A DNA stretch of 64,000 nucleotides from positions 768,001 to 832,000 of the forward strand of contig CAVPSJ010000004.1 in the NCBI GenBank assembly GCA_963708295.1, written 5' to 3'. Below are positions 40,601-49,763 of the stretch, piece by piece (positions within the stretch are counted from its first letter, which is position 1; each line of letters starts with the position of its first letter). Both the position numbers and the translations under genes were made by a program. This DNA is from an uncultured delta proteobacterium. Lineage in GTDB: Bacteria; Desulfobacterota; BSN033; UBA1163. Under the pieces are notes generated by a model, which was not told the origin of the DNA, searched no databases, and was given only the letters and a program-made list of their open reading frames with translations.

Positions 40601-41873
40601 CTTTTTAGACAGCCTGAAGAATGTGAAGGCCGTCAAGGCCATCGCATTGAAACGGGAGAAAGTGAAAACCGACCGCACCAAGAAGATCTACATTCCGTAC
40701 ATGTGTGACCACTCCTTTGCTGTGGCAGCGGCTTTTCAAGCGTGTGGCGTGGATGCGGATGTGTTCCCAGAATCGGACGAAGAAACCCTTTACTGGGGAA
40801 GGAAACTCACTTCCGGCAAAGAATGTTATCCCTGCATCCTTACCACGGGGGATATGGTGAAACTGGTCAAGGACCCCAATTTTGATCATCAACGAGCCGC
40901 CTTCTTCATGCCTTCGGGCAATGGGCCCTGTCGGTTCGGACAATATCATCGTTTTCATCGTCTTGTTCTCGACGACCTCGGATTCCACCAAGTCCCCATC
41001 TACTCGCCCAATCAAGACGAGACACTCTATAGCGATCTAGGTATCATGGGTTCCCAATTCACACGATTAGGCTGGCAAGGCATTGTGGCAGTGGACCTTC
41101 TCATGAAGAAACTCCTGGAGACGCGACCCTATGAGAAGGAGAAGGGAAAGTCGGACCAAACTTATCAGGCGTCTTTAAAAAAGGTTTGCAAGGCGATACA
41201 ACAAAAAGGCGATTTGGAAGAAACCCTCCGGAAGTGCCTTGAGGACTTCAATCAGATTGAAGTAGAGAAACCTGGCACCAAGCCTCTCATTGGCATTGTG
41301 GGAGAGATCTTTGTCCGCCTCAATCGGTTTGCCAATGAGGATGTCATCCGGAAGATTGAGCAATTTGGGGGAGAGGCCTGGATCGCACCTCTGACAGAGT
41401 GGATCCTCTATGTGAACACCATTTCAAAAAAGAGAAGTTTAAGGAAGAAGTCCTTTTCAAATCTGCTGAAGGTTTTTCTTACCGATTATTATCAGAAAAA
41501 GGATGAACACACGCTAGAAAAGGTCTTCAAACATCAACTCCGGCACGCCGGTGAGCCGAAGACGAAATCGATTTTTAGAAAGGCTAAACCCTATCTCGAC
41601 TCCTCCTTTGAAGGGGAGGCCGTCCTTTCGATGGGAAAGACGATAGATTTTGCCAGGAGAGGAGCGAGCGGGGTGGTCAATATCATGCCGTTTACTTGTA
41701 TGCCCGGGACGATTGTGAGTACGCTGCTTAAACGATATCAGGAAGAAAACAGTAACATCCCCATCCTCAACATGGCCTATGACGGACAAGAGCAAACCAA
41801 CACGTTAACCCGCCTTGAAGCCTTCATGTTTCAAGCCAAGGATTTCCAGAGCAGAAAGAATAATAGAACTTAA
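37683..41873 (+). CDS. CoA-substrate-specific enzyme activase fusion (two BadF/HgdC-type ASKHA domains + DUF2229 + dehydratase-like C-terminus)
   Basis: Two copies each of GxDxGS and xGGxDSK...MN..CAAGTGSFL; RCSVF/RCTVF; CKGCPNLC; CFPIKV.HGH; NFGCGPDS; GPCRFGQY; PFTCMPG. Confidence 0.92.
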   Translation: MKSLYLGIDIGSVSTNTIIMDDHRNVLEEHYTRIKGQPLQTVQKVLEEILRRISHEQFHSVSFTGTGGKLLAELLGGNFINEIIAQARAVQYFYPQVRTIIDMGGEDSKLIFIEEEEDRFKISDFSMNTLCAAGTGSFLDQQASRLGLTIEEFGHLALKSTNPPRIAGRCSVFAKSDMIHLQQIATPDYDIVAGLCYALARNFKSNIGKGKKFVKPISFQGGVAANAGMRKAFLDVLEVSDGELIVPNHFASMGAIGAVLVALEDKKSRKEWLGLNRLNQYLNDHREEKPSLKPLSLSPHHLIRRGQISLPSESPGGEKIEAYLGLDVGSISTNLVVIDREKKVLAKRYLMTAGRPIEAVRVGLQEIGEEIGDRVEIRGVGTTGSGRYLTADFVGADLVRNEITAQATAAIYIDPKVDTIFEIGGQDSKYISIDNGVVVDFEMNKVCAAGTGSFLEEQAEKLDVSIKEEFGALALSAGDPVRMGERCTVFIESDLVHHQQSGAQRDDLIAGLSYSIVQNYLNRVVGDRRVGNRIFFQGGTAFNKGVVAAFEKVLDKEIIVPENHDVTGAIGVALLALEERAWERSGFKGFDLSQRHYEQTSFECKGCPNLCLIRKVSVEGEKPLFYGSRCEKYDVIKRTKGSGIPDLFEEREKMLLAPYEGEEKLPPDAPEIGIPQILNFHEMLPFWKAFFSELGYRVVLSDVTNKELIRKGVENVVSETCFPIKVSHGHVLNLLEKGVKKIFLPSIVNLKPSHLEIPNSSACPYAQSFPYAVPSSIDFKKAHAKVLQPILHFGEGRDYLEKELVDFGRSLGCKPKGIKRAYEKAERFQARFYQSLLNRGKQVLDRVGPNEKVMVIVGRPYNSCDSGVNLEIPKKLRDLGVLAIPMDFLPLESVPATEEIKEMYWRYGQRILAAGKIIKDDPRLYAVYITNFGCGPDSFINHFFRDLSKGKPYLQLEIDEHSADAGAITRCEAFLDSLKNVKAVKAIALKREKVKTDRTKKIYIPYMCDHSFAVAAAFQACGVDADVFPESDEETLYWGRKLTSGKECYPCILTTGDMVKLVKDPNFDHQRAAFFMPSGNGPCRFGQYHRFHRLVLDDLGFHQVPIYSPNQDETLYSDLGIMGSQFTRLGWQGIVAVDLLMKKLLETRPYEKEKGKSDQTYQASLKKVCKAIQQKGDLEETLRKCLEDFNQIEVEKPGTKPLIGIVGEIFVRLNRFANEDVIRKIEQFGGEAWIAPLTEWILYVNTISKKRSLRKKSFSNLLKVFLTDYYQKKDEHTLEKVFKHQLRHAGEPKTKSIFRKAKPYLDSSFEGEAVLSMGKTIDFARRGASGVVNIMPFTCMPGTIVSTLLKRYQEENSNIPILNMAYDGQEQTNTLTRLEAFMFQAKDFQSRKNNRT

Positions 41874-42000
41874 CTCGCTGGAAACTAAGTAGGTTTATTT
41901 GCCATCTACTTTGTTAAAAAAATCACATTTTTCTATTGACTTTCCTGAAAAAGAGGTGGTATAAGGTGAATCATCTTTATTTCACAGAAGATCACGAAAT

Positions 42001-42303
42001 ATGACAGGGATTCAATTTCTGCTGATTCTTTTTTTGGTTCCGGGTCTTCCTCTGTTTCAAGTAGATCAGACCGTAGATATTGCATGGTTGGTTTGCGAAA
42101 ATTCGGTTGTTGTGAAGCTAGAAGTCGGGGGACCTTTAGTTGATCAGAATTTGTCATTCAATCCAGAACCTCCGTCTTGTACTTTCAATCAAGGCAAGTC
42201 TTTCTCTCAGTTGAAGAATCCTTTATGCGTTTTGCTTTCCTATTTCCAAGGGCCCTCTCCTTTCTGGAGACCCCCGCCGGGCTTTCATCCCTTTCTTTCT
42301 TGA
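42001..42303 (+). CDS. Putative leader protein with hydrophobic N-terminus and C-terminal WRPPP
   Basis: 100-aa ORF just after a TTGACT..TGGTATAAG promoter-like sequence; ends SPFWRPPPGFHPFLS; weak SD. Confidence 0.5.
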   Translation: MTGIQFLLILFLVPGLPLFQVDQTVDIAWLVCENSVVVKLEVGGPLVDQNLSFNPEPPSCTFNQGKSFSQLKNPLCVLLSYFQGPSPFWRPPPGFHPFLS

Positions 42304-42374
42304 TCACCTTTAGAATGGAAGGGGTTTGAGATTTAAGGAAGACCTTTCTCTATATCAACCGGAGGTAAGCGAAT

Positions 42375-42512
42375 ATGAAAATGGATAACTGGACGTTTGG
42401 AATCACGATGATCATTGTCGGAATGGGGGGCACGCTACTGACCCTTTGGATCTTGAGCCTCCTCATGAGTCTCATGAAGAAGATTTTCCCTTATGCAAAA
42501 GAAGAAAACTAA
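42375..42512 (+). CDS. oadG: OadG/GcdD-type small subunit of a Na+-translocating decarboxylase (45 aa, not in ORF track)
   Basis: Translates as MKMDNWTFGITMIIVGMGGTLLTLWILSLLMSLMKKIFPYAKEEN*. SD GGAGGT; directly upstream of the beta subunit. Confidence 0.8.
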   Translation: MKMDNWTFGITMIIVGMGGTLLTLWILSLLMSLMKKIFPYAKEEN

Positions 42513-42540
42513 AATTGGCTTTGTAAAGGAGGAATAAAAG

Positions 42541-43683
42541 ATGTCAGAGGCTATTTTAAACGGATTAAATGGGCTCGTTGCCGGATTTCAAAGTATGCAC
42601 TGGTCAAATCCGATCATGATCGTGGTGGGTATCATTCTCCTCTACCTGGGCATCAAAAAAGATATTGAGCCCGTGCTCCTTGTTCCCATTGGATTCGGAT
42701 GCATCCTGGTCAATATCCCCTTAGCGGGACTGATGGATAAGGATGGGTTTCTTCGAGATTATCTATGAGGCAGGTATTACGACAGAATTATTTCCGCTTC
42801 TCATCTTTGTCGGGATTGGAGCCATGACCGATTTTGGGCCTCTCCTGGAGAATCCAAAGATCTTCCTTCTCGGTGCTGCAGGACAGTTTGGAATTTTCTT
42901 AACCTTGGCCTTGGCCCTGGCTTTGGGTTTCACAAAATTAGAAGCGGTTTCCATCGGGATCATCGGCGCCTGTGATGGACCGACAGCCATTTATGTGACG
43001 TCTCAATATGCCCCGGCATCTTCTGGGAGCCGTCTCGGTGGCTGCCTATTGCTATATGTCTCTCGTTCCTATCATCCAGCCCCCGATCATGAGGGCGTTG
43101 ACGACCAAAGAAGAGAGAACGATCAATATGGGCACCGTGAAAAAATCCGTCTTCAAAGACGACGAGGCTCCTCTTCCCATTGGTCGTGACCATCTTCGGG
43201 GGACTCATCGCGCCCAAAGGCTTGCCTCTTTTGGGAACGATCATGCTGGGAAATTTTATGAAGGAAAGCGGCGTCGTGAGCCGACTCACCAAGGCATCTG
43301 AAAACGAGATCGCCAATATTGTTACCCTTCTCTTAGGGATTTCGATCGGGGCCACCATGGATGGTAAGGTCTTTTTGACATCCCAAACTCTCATCATCTT
43401 GGTCTTGGGATTTGTGGCTATCTGCCTCGATACCGCCTGTGGAGTCCTTTTTGGAAAACTAATGAAAGTTCTCACAGGCGGGAAGATTAATCCTCTCATC
43501 GGAGCGGCAGGGATTTCAGCCTATCCCATGTCAGCGAGGGTGGTCCAGAAAGAGGGACAGAAATACGATAAGAAGAATTTTCTCCTCATGCATGCCATGG
43601 GAGCCAACACGGGTGGTCAGGTCGGGTCTGTGCTGGCTGCAGCCGTCATGCTTTCTGTGCTGAAGGGAATGGGGGTTATTTAA
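42541..43683 (+). CDS. oadB: Na+-translocating decarboxylase beta subunit (three +1 frameshifts)
   Basis: EPVLLVPIGFG, FPLLIFVGIGAMTDF, GAAGQFGIF, IGIIGACDGPTAI, AAYCYMSLVPIIQPP, NPLIGAAGISAYPMSARV and LLMHAMG, spread over four ORF pieces. Confidence 0.9.
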
Positions 43684-43736
43684 ATTGCATGCGAATTTGA
43701 AATAGGGAATGATATTATCCGCAGAAGAGACCTCTA

Positions 43737-43774
43737 AAAAATAGCCCCAGGTTGATAAAGCCTGGGGCTATTTT
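43737..43774. terminator. Intrinsic terminator after oadB
   Basis: AAAATAGCCCCAGG-loop-CCTGGGGCTATTTT perfect stem. Confidence 0.8.
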
Positions 43775-43879
43775 GTACTTGACAATGAAATTATTTGTGT
43801 CTATATACATTCGCATTGAAACGTTGGCGGTCAAAGCAATTATCGCGAAGTAACTGAGGAAGAGAGAGGAGAACGAGCA

Positions 43880-44689
43880 ATGAACTTCATTACCATTTCC
43901 GAAATGCTTGGAACGAATGGTGAAGCAATTGCCAAAGAGGTTGCCAAGATAATGGATTATCCCTTTTATGGCAAAGAGGAGCTATTTAAAGCTGCAGACG
44001 AGATGGGCTTGCTTCATGATATTGAAAAAGTGGAGATGAAAAGCCCGTCATTACTTGAGAAGATTTTCAGCGATCAGCCAAAAATCTATCTCGACCGATT
44101 TCAGTCTGTTATTTACGAGGTGGCCAAGAAAGGCAATGCCGTTTTCTTTGGAAAGGGAAGCACCATTCTTCTCCGCTCTTTTAATTGTGCACTTCACGTT
44201 CTGGTCATAGGGTCTATGGAGAAACGAATCCAGAGAGTTATGGAGACGAATCACGTTGGAAAAGAAGTGGCTGAAAAGATGGTTCAAACCTCTGATCATG
44301 AGAAAAGAGGTTTCATAAGGTATGCCTTTGATGAAGACTGGCCCAACCCCCTGCTTTACGTTTTGACTTTAAATACAGACGCACTGACCATTGCTACTGC
44401 TGTTAAGATTATCGTCGATGCTGCCAAAGCTGAGGAAGTTAAAGCCTGCGGCGTGGATGCTATTAACTTGCTTGGAAAATTTTCTCTTCAACGCCGAATT
44501 GAATCTGCGCTCCTTGAAGCAGGATTTATGAATCCCCATCTTTTTTTCGAACTAGAGGATACAGATTCGGTCCGGCTCTTTGGTTCTGTGGGTTCCTCGG
44601 CAGAGAAAAAAGAAATTATGGAAATTTTGAAAGGGATAAAAGAAATAAAGAAGATTAAAGATGATTTAACAGTATTGACAATGCGATAG
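43880..44689 (+). CDS. Cytidylate-kinase-like family protein with BON-like C-terminal domain
   Basis: ITISEMLGTNGEAIAKEVA, GNAVFFGKG, SDHEKRGF, LTLNT; C-terminal VRLFG.V...IKKIKDDL. Confidence 0.75.
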   Translation: MNFITISEMLGTNGEAIAKEVAKIMDYPFYGKEELFKAADEMGLLHDIEKVEMKSPSLLEKIFSDQPKIYLDRFQSVIYEVAKKGNAVFFGKGSTILLRSFNCALHVLVIGSMEKRIQRVMETNHVGKEVAEKMVQTSDHEKRGFIRYAFDEDWPNPLLYVLTLNTDALTIATAVKIIVDAAKAEEVKACGVDAINLLGKFSLQRRIESALLEAGFMNPHLFFELEDTDSVRLFGSVGSSAEKKEIMEILKGIKEIKKIKDDLTVLTMR

Positions 44690-44982
44690 TCGGGCGGGCT
44701 CAACTCCTCTGATGCCATTCCCATTTTTAAAGGTTGCCCATCTGGAACAGCCAAAATTTCAGCCAATCCCAAGTCATCGAAAGTAATCCAAGAGGGGTCC
44801 AGTAATATAACCCCCAAAATTGTCTCTTTGCGGATGCCATGGGAGCCCCTGGGCTCCTTTAAACCCAAGCCCCTTTTTTTACTTGAAATTTGATTTTGTA
44901 TAGGATATAAGACATTTGGTTTTATAGTATCCTCTTGACCAATCCAATACAACAACAGAAAAATCCATAGGCGGGGAAACGA

Positions 44983-45946
44983 ATGCAGTTTGACCTGAGT
45001 TTTGTATATGTCATTGTGCAGGTCATCTTTTTGGAAGGCATCCTCTCCATCGACAATGCTGCCGTCTTGGGGGCAATGGTCTCCGTTCTTCCGAAAGATA
45101 AAATGGTCCCTTGGCCGGGACCCCTTAAATTCCTTGGACCTCCGGTCCACCGCCTCCTTGGCGGCGAACGCCCGGCCGCCCTTAAAGTCGGCCTCCTGGG
45201 TGCCTATCTTGGCCGTGGTCTCATGCTTGTGATTGCCAACTTTGTCATCCACAACCCCTACCTTAAGATCCTGGGTGCGGCCTACCTCATTAAACTGGCT
45301 TTTGAGAACCTTGGAGAACCAGAACCTGGAGAGGAGAGTCAGACGAAGGCCAGGAGTTTGGAGGGCAAGGGTTTCTGGGGTGTCGTTTTAGCCGTGGAGT
45401 TAGCTGATCTTGCCTTTTCTCTCGACAATGTGGTAGCTGTGGTCGCCCTGTCAGACAACCTTTATATTGTGATGTTTGGTGTGGCGATCGGCATTATCAC
45501 CATGCGCTTTGCGGCAGGGCATATTCACGCTGATGATTATGAAGGAGCCCATCCTCAAGCCGGCTGCGTATATCGTTGTGTTTAATATTGGCACAGAATT
45601 GTTGTTAGATGAGTTTGCTCACATTCAGTTTGGGAGTGCCTTGAAGTTCATGATTTCTGCTGGTACATTGATCCTGGCTGTGGTTTATGCCCACATCAAA
45701 CCGCTGCATGTGATTCAACCTCTCTTCACTTGGTTCGGCCAGGGGATGGACAACGTTAATGAGCTTCTGGATTGGGTGTTAAAGCCAGTATGGCTGGTCT
45801 TCAAGATCTTCTTCAAGATCATTGGCCTTATTCTCCGTCCCATCATTGCTCTCTTCCCTCATGAATCAGAAATTGTATCACACGAAGACCAAGTGGCTTT
45901 CGGTAGCGATTGTGATAAGGAAAAAGAGGCAGGAGGCAAACAATAG
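44983..45946 (+). CDS. TerC-family membrane protein (one +1 frameshift near 45519)
   Basis: LEGILSIDNAAVL, GLLGAYLGR, VELADLAFSLDNVVAVV, GIITMRFAAG, continuing as IFTLMI. Confidence 0.87.
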
Positions 45947-45983
45947 TTCACCCGTCAAATATTTGCTTGAGTAATCTTTGAAT

Positions 45984-46017
45984 AAGCCCTCTCGATTCTT
46001 TCTGGAGAGGGTTTTTT
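45984..46017 (+). terminator. Intrinsic terminator after the terC-like gene
   Basis: AAGCCCTCTC-loop-GAGAGGGTTTTTT. Confidence 0.7.
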
Positions 46018-46160
46018 ATTCTCTTGTGAAAATCTCCTTGATTTTTTAAGATAGTAGTTGATACTTCAATTCCAAATTTCAAAATTCAAATGTCAAATGA
46101 ATATTAAATATCAGGACCGTTAGCCTTCGACATTTCAGGAATAACGGTTGGGAGGGGGGT

Positions 46161-46664
46161 ATGAAGAAAAAGCCTTTGGTTGGAATTCTGATGGGAAGCG
46201 AGAGTGATCTGCCAGTCATGGAAAAGGCAGAAGAAGTCTTAAAGGAGATGGGCGTCCCTTACGAGATGGAGATTAGCTCAGCCCATCGCCTGCCTGAGAA
46301 GACCGCCCGGTATGCGAAGACAGCAAGGAAGCGAGGAGTCGAAGTATTGATTGCAGGAGCGGGGATGGCGGCTCATCTCGCGGGGGCTTTAGCTAGCCAT
46401 ACGACTCTCCCCGTTATCGGTGTTCCCATAAAATCGGGGGCCCTCAATGGAGCGGATGCCCTTTATTCCACCGTACAGATGCCCCCGGGAGTTCCGGTCG
46501 CTACCGTAGGGATTGATGGCGCAAAGAATGCAGCTTATCTGGCCTGTGAAATCCTCTCGATCAAATATCCTGAAATGGCCAAAAAATTGGAGGATTTCAG
46601 ATCCAAGACGAGAAAATCATTGGAAGAGAAATCGAAGGCCATCAAAAAGGGAAGATCTGGATGA
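46161..46664 (+). CDS. purE: N5-CAIR mutase
   Basis: [42 protein letters not shown]. Confidence 0.96.
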   Translation: MKKKPLVGILMGSESDLPVMEKAEEVLKEMGVPYEMEISSAHRLPEKTARYAKTARKRGVEVLIAGAGMAAHLAGALASHTTLPVIGVPIKSGALNGADALYSTVQMPPGVPVATVGIDGAKNAAYLACEILSIKYPEMAKKLEDFRSKTRKSLEEKSKAIKKGRSG

Positions 46665-47617
46665 AGGATGCCGAGGCCATTCGTCAAGCCGCAGAGATCA
46701 TCCGGCAAGGAGGGATCGTTGCTTTTCCGACAGAGACGGTTTATGGTTTGGGAGCGGATGCCTATAATCCTCTTGCCGTGGCTCGCATCTTTGAAGTCAA
46801 GAGAAGGCCCTCCTTCGATCCCCTGATTGTCCATATCGCGGATCCAGTTCATCTAAGAAAATTGGTCAAAGAAATTCCGTCGGGTGTCAGGAGATTGACG
46901 GAGAAATTCTGGCCCGGGCCACTCACCGTTGTTCTCCTAAAGGAAGAAAACATTCCTGATATGGTGACCGCCGGTCTTCCCACGGTTGCCGTCCGGATGC
47001 CCGATCACCCCATGGCGCTCTCTCTGATCAAAGACTCCAAATGTCCCATTGCTGCACCGAGCGCCAATCTCTTTGGTTATTTGAGTCCGACCACGGCTGA
47101 GCATGTTCGGGAGCAACTGGGTGACCAAGTCGATTTCATTCTGAATGGAGGACCTTGCAGCGTTGGCGTCGAATCCACGATCGTCTCTTTTTTGAAAAAT
47201 AAGCCAAGACTATTAAGACCCGGTGGGGTTACGCTCGAAGAGATTGAATCGATCGTCGGCAAGGTTGAGATCAACTCAATCAAAGACAATCCCTCTGCCC
47301 CGGGAATGTTCCCCAGGCACTATGCTCCACGAACGCCGATCGTGCTCGATTGGGAGGAGAAGCCTCTTGATTCCTATGAAGATAAAAAGGTTGGATTTCT
47401 TGCATTCCAGGAACCCGGCCGTTTTCTGAAATTCGAGCACATTGAAGTTCTGTCGAAAAAGGGGGATTTCAAAGAAGCCGCAGCAAACCTCTTTTCTGCG
47501 ATCCGTCGATTGGATGCCCTCGATTTAGACTTGATACTGGCCGAGGCCGTTCCTGAAGCTGGATTGGGACGGGCCATCATGGACCGTCTTCGCCGTGCAA
47601 CCTCCAAAGGGGAATAA
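46661..47617 (+). CDS. sua5: L-threonylcarbamoyladenylate synthase (Sua5 form)
   Basis: [50 protein letters not shown]. Confidence 0.94.
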   Translation: MKDAEAIRQAAEIIRQGGIVAFPTETVYGLGADAYNPLAVARIFEVKRRPSFDPLIVHIADPVHLRKLVKEIPSGVRRLTEKFWPGPLTVVLLKEENIPDMVTAGLPTVAVRMPDHPMALSLIKDSKCPIAAPSANLFGYLSPTTAEHVREQLGDQVDFILNGGPCSVGVESTIVSFLKNKPRLLRPGGVTLEEIESIVGKVEINSIKDNPSAPGMFPRHYAPRTPIVLDWEEKPLDSYEDKKVGFLAFQEPGRFLKFEHIEVLSKKGDFKEAAANLFSAIRRLDALDLDLILAEAVPEAGLGRAIMDRLRRATSKGE

Positions 47618-47622
47618 AATCC

Positions 47623-48180
47623 ATGAGAAAATATATTTTTGCTCTTTTATTTGTTTTTGTCCTTTCGACTTTATACCTTCCGCGTGCCATTGGAATGCCG
47701 GCGGAGGATGTCCGGCTGGTAACGGACACCCAGTACTTTCAGGTTGCAAAGACAATGATTCAGGAAGCGAAGCATTCGATTCAGGTGATGATGTTTGAGA
47801 TGGGATATTATGATCGAAATCCTAACACCCCTTCGAATCTTCTGATCAGGGAGCTGATCAACGCCAAGAAAAGGGGGGTGAAAGTTGAAGTCCTATTGGA
47901 AGTAAGAGAAGGGGAGGATCGGACGGCAAAACGAAATCGTCACACTGGAAAGATCTTGTCAGATGGAGGGGTCGAAGTGATCTATGATTCTCTTTTCAAA
48001 ACAACCCACGCAAAATGTATGGTCGTTGACGGGAAGCTTACTCTTCTAGGCAGCACCAATTGGACGTACTCCGCATTAACCAACAACAATGAAGCTTCTG
48101 TCCTTATTCAATCAAAACAAGTAGCCAAGGCCCTCGTAGATTATTTCAATCAAGTGAAAATCACCGGCAGCAAAAAATAA
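47623..48180 (+). CDS. Secreted single-HKD phospholipase D/Nuc-like protein
   Basis: Signal peptide; HAKCMVVD...GSTNW...N.E motif. Confidence 0.88.
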   Translation: MRKYIFALLFVFVLSTLYLPRAIGMPAEDVRLVTDTQYFQVAKTMIQEAKHSIQVMMFEMGYYDRNPNTPSNLLIRELINAKKRGVKVEVLLEVREGEDRTAKRNRHTGKILSDGGVEVIYDSLFKTTHAKCMVVDGKLTLLGSTNWTYSALTNNNEASVLIQSKQVAKALVDYFNQVKITGSKK

Positions 48181-48302
48181 CCATCTCAAGGAAATGTCAA
48201 ATGCCAAAATCAAAAGTTTGGAATAGAGGTTAAGGCTGAGGTTGCTCTGAATTTTGACATTCCTTTGACATTTGTCATTTGATATTTGAAATTGATCTTC
48301 GG

Positions 48303-49073
48303 ATGATGCTCATCGATTCCCATGCCCATTTAGAGATGCCAGATTTCAAAAGGGATCTGGAACAGGTGATCCAAAGAGCGAAAGAATCCGGCGTCGGATA
48401 TATCTTTACCGTCGGAACAGAGAAAAAGGACTGGAAGAGGACCCTTGAGATTGCCGATTCGCACCCTTCGATCTATGCGATTCTGGGTGTTCATCCGCAC
48501 AACGCAAAGGAGATCGACGATCAGACCTATTCCACTTTGAGAGAACTCTGCCGAAATGGGAAAGTGAAGGCCTATGGCGAGATTGGTCTGGACTTTTTCA
48601 GAAATCTGTCGCCACGCGATATTCAGCTGAGGAGATTCAGGGAGCAGATTGGGCTAGCAAAAGAGTTAGGACTTCCCATCGTGGTACACGATCGAGAGGC
48701 TCATCAGGAAACGCTGGAGATATTGAAATCGGAGAAGGCGGAAGAGTGCGGAGGGATCATCCATTGTTTTTCAGGGGACTATGAGATGGCCAAGGCCTGC
48801 ATGGACATGGGATTCTACATCTCTATTCCCGGCAGCATCACCTTTAAGAATGCGGAGGGTTTTAGGGAGATTGTCAAGAGAATTCCTTTGGAATCGCTTC
48901 TTGTCGAGACCGATGCTCCATTTCTAACTCCCGAGCCCTTTCGAGGAAAGAGGAATGAGCCAAGTTATGTTCGGTATACAGCACAAAAGGTGGCAGAGAT
49001 CAAGAAGATTTCTTTTGAAAAGGTGGCAGAAGTAACCACTGAAAACGCCCTCCGTGTTTATAGAGTATTGTAA
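48303..49073 (+). CDS. tatD: TatD-family hydrolase
   Basis: IDSHAHL, GVHPH, GEIGLDF, VHDREA, HCFSG, ETDAPFL. Confidence 0.95.
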   Translation: MMLIDSHAHLEMPDFKRDLEQVIQRAKESGVGYIFTVGTEKKDWKRTLEIADSHPSIYAILGVHPHNAKEIDDQTYSTLRELCRNGKVKAYGEIGLDFFRNLSPRDIQLRRFREQIGLAKELGLPIVVHDREAHQETLEILKSEKAEECGGIIHCFSGDYEMAKACMDMGFYISIPGSITFKNAEGFREIVKRIPLESLLVETDAPFLTPEPFRGKRNEPSYVRYTAQKVAEIKKISFEKVAEVTTENALRVYRVL

Positions 49074-49130
49074 ATTTCGGACACGAGACACCCGACACGG
49101 TCACGATTATTTTACATTTAAGGAGCACGG

Positions 49131-49694
49131 ATGAAGCCAGCAATCATTGTCGTGGATATGTTGAAAGATAATTTCAAAGAGAGTCCTCGGAATCCATACT
49201 ATCAAGAAGGAAAAGAGATTATACCCAATCTTCAGAAGCTCTTAAAGGAGGGCCGAAAAAGAGGTTTCCCCGTCGTCTTTGCCTGCGACAGTTTTCTGGA
49301 GGGGGATTTCATTTTTAAGGGAAGGATGAAGGTTCACGCCGTTCGTGGGACCAAAGGCGCAGAGGTCATCGATGATTTAGAACCGGAACGGACAGATATC
49401 ATCTTACCCAAGAGACGATTTAGTGCCTTCTTCAAAACCGACCTGGACCAGACGCTTCGCACTCTCGGTATTGACACGATCGTCGTCACAGGGATGACGA
49501 TGGAGGTCTGTGTATTGATGACGGCCTTCGAAGGTCTCTGTCAGGATTTCTCTGTGGTCATCCTGGAGGACTGTACGGCCAGTCGCAGCAAGGAGTTGCG
49601 CAAAGGGTGTCTCAATCTCTATCGGGAAAATGTCCTCGATCCTTTGTTGAGGATTATGACCCTTGATGAGTTTCTAAAAGAGGTATCGTCATAG
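49131..49694 (+). CDS. Isochorismatase-family cysteine hydrolase
   Basis: IVVDMLKD, KRRFSAFF.TDL, TG...EVCV. Confidence 0.9.
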   Translation: MKPAIIVVDMLKDNFKESPRNPYYQEGKEIIPNLQKLLKEGRKRGFPVVFACDSFLEGDFIFKGRMKVHAVRGTKGAEVIDDLEPERTDIILPKRRFSAFFKTDLDQTLRTLGIDTIVVTGMTMEVCVLMTAFEGLCQDFSVVILEDCTASRSKELRKGCLNLYRENVLDPLLRIMTLDEFLKEVSS

Positions 49695-49763
49695 GGAGCG
49701 GTCAAGTTACCTGAAGTGATGAAGAACTCGTCAGGTTGCGGAAACGGATCACGGAATTTTGAA

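Noticed and set aside
42541-43683. Programmed frameshifting or pseudogenisation of oadB (and msrAB, phr)
   Set aside because: No slippery heptamers at the junctions checked, and those breaks are +1 insertions shared across unrelated genes. Sequencing error is more parsimonious.
44910-44982. Possible yybP-ykoY (Mn) riboswitch upstream of the terC-like gene
   Set aside because: Leader is short and the characteristic GGGGAGUA-type core and four-way junction are not visible.
44488-45252. 254-aa minus-strand ORF and other long antisense ORFs (for example 9892..10800, 62026..62781)
   Set aside because: They are shadows of well-supported genes on the opposite strand and have no motifs.
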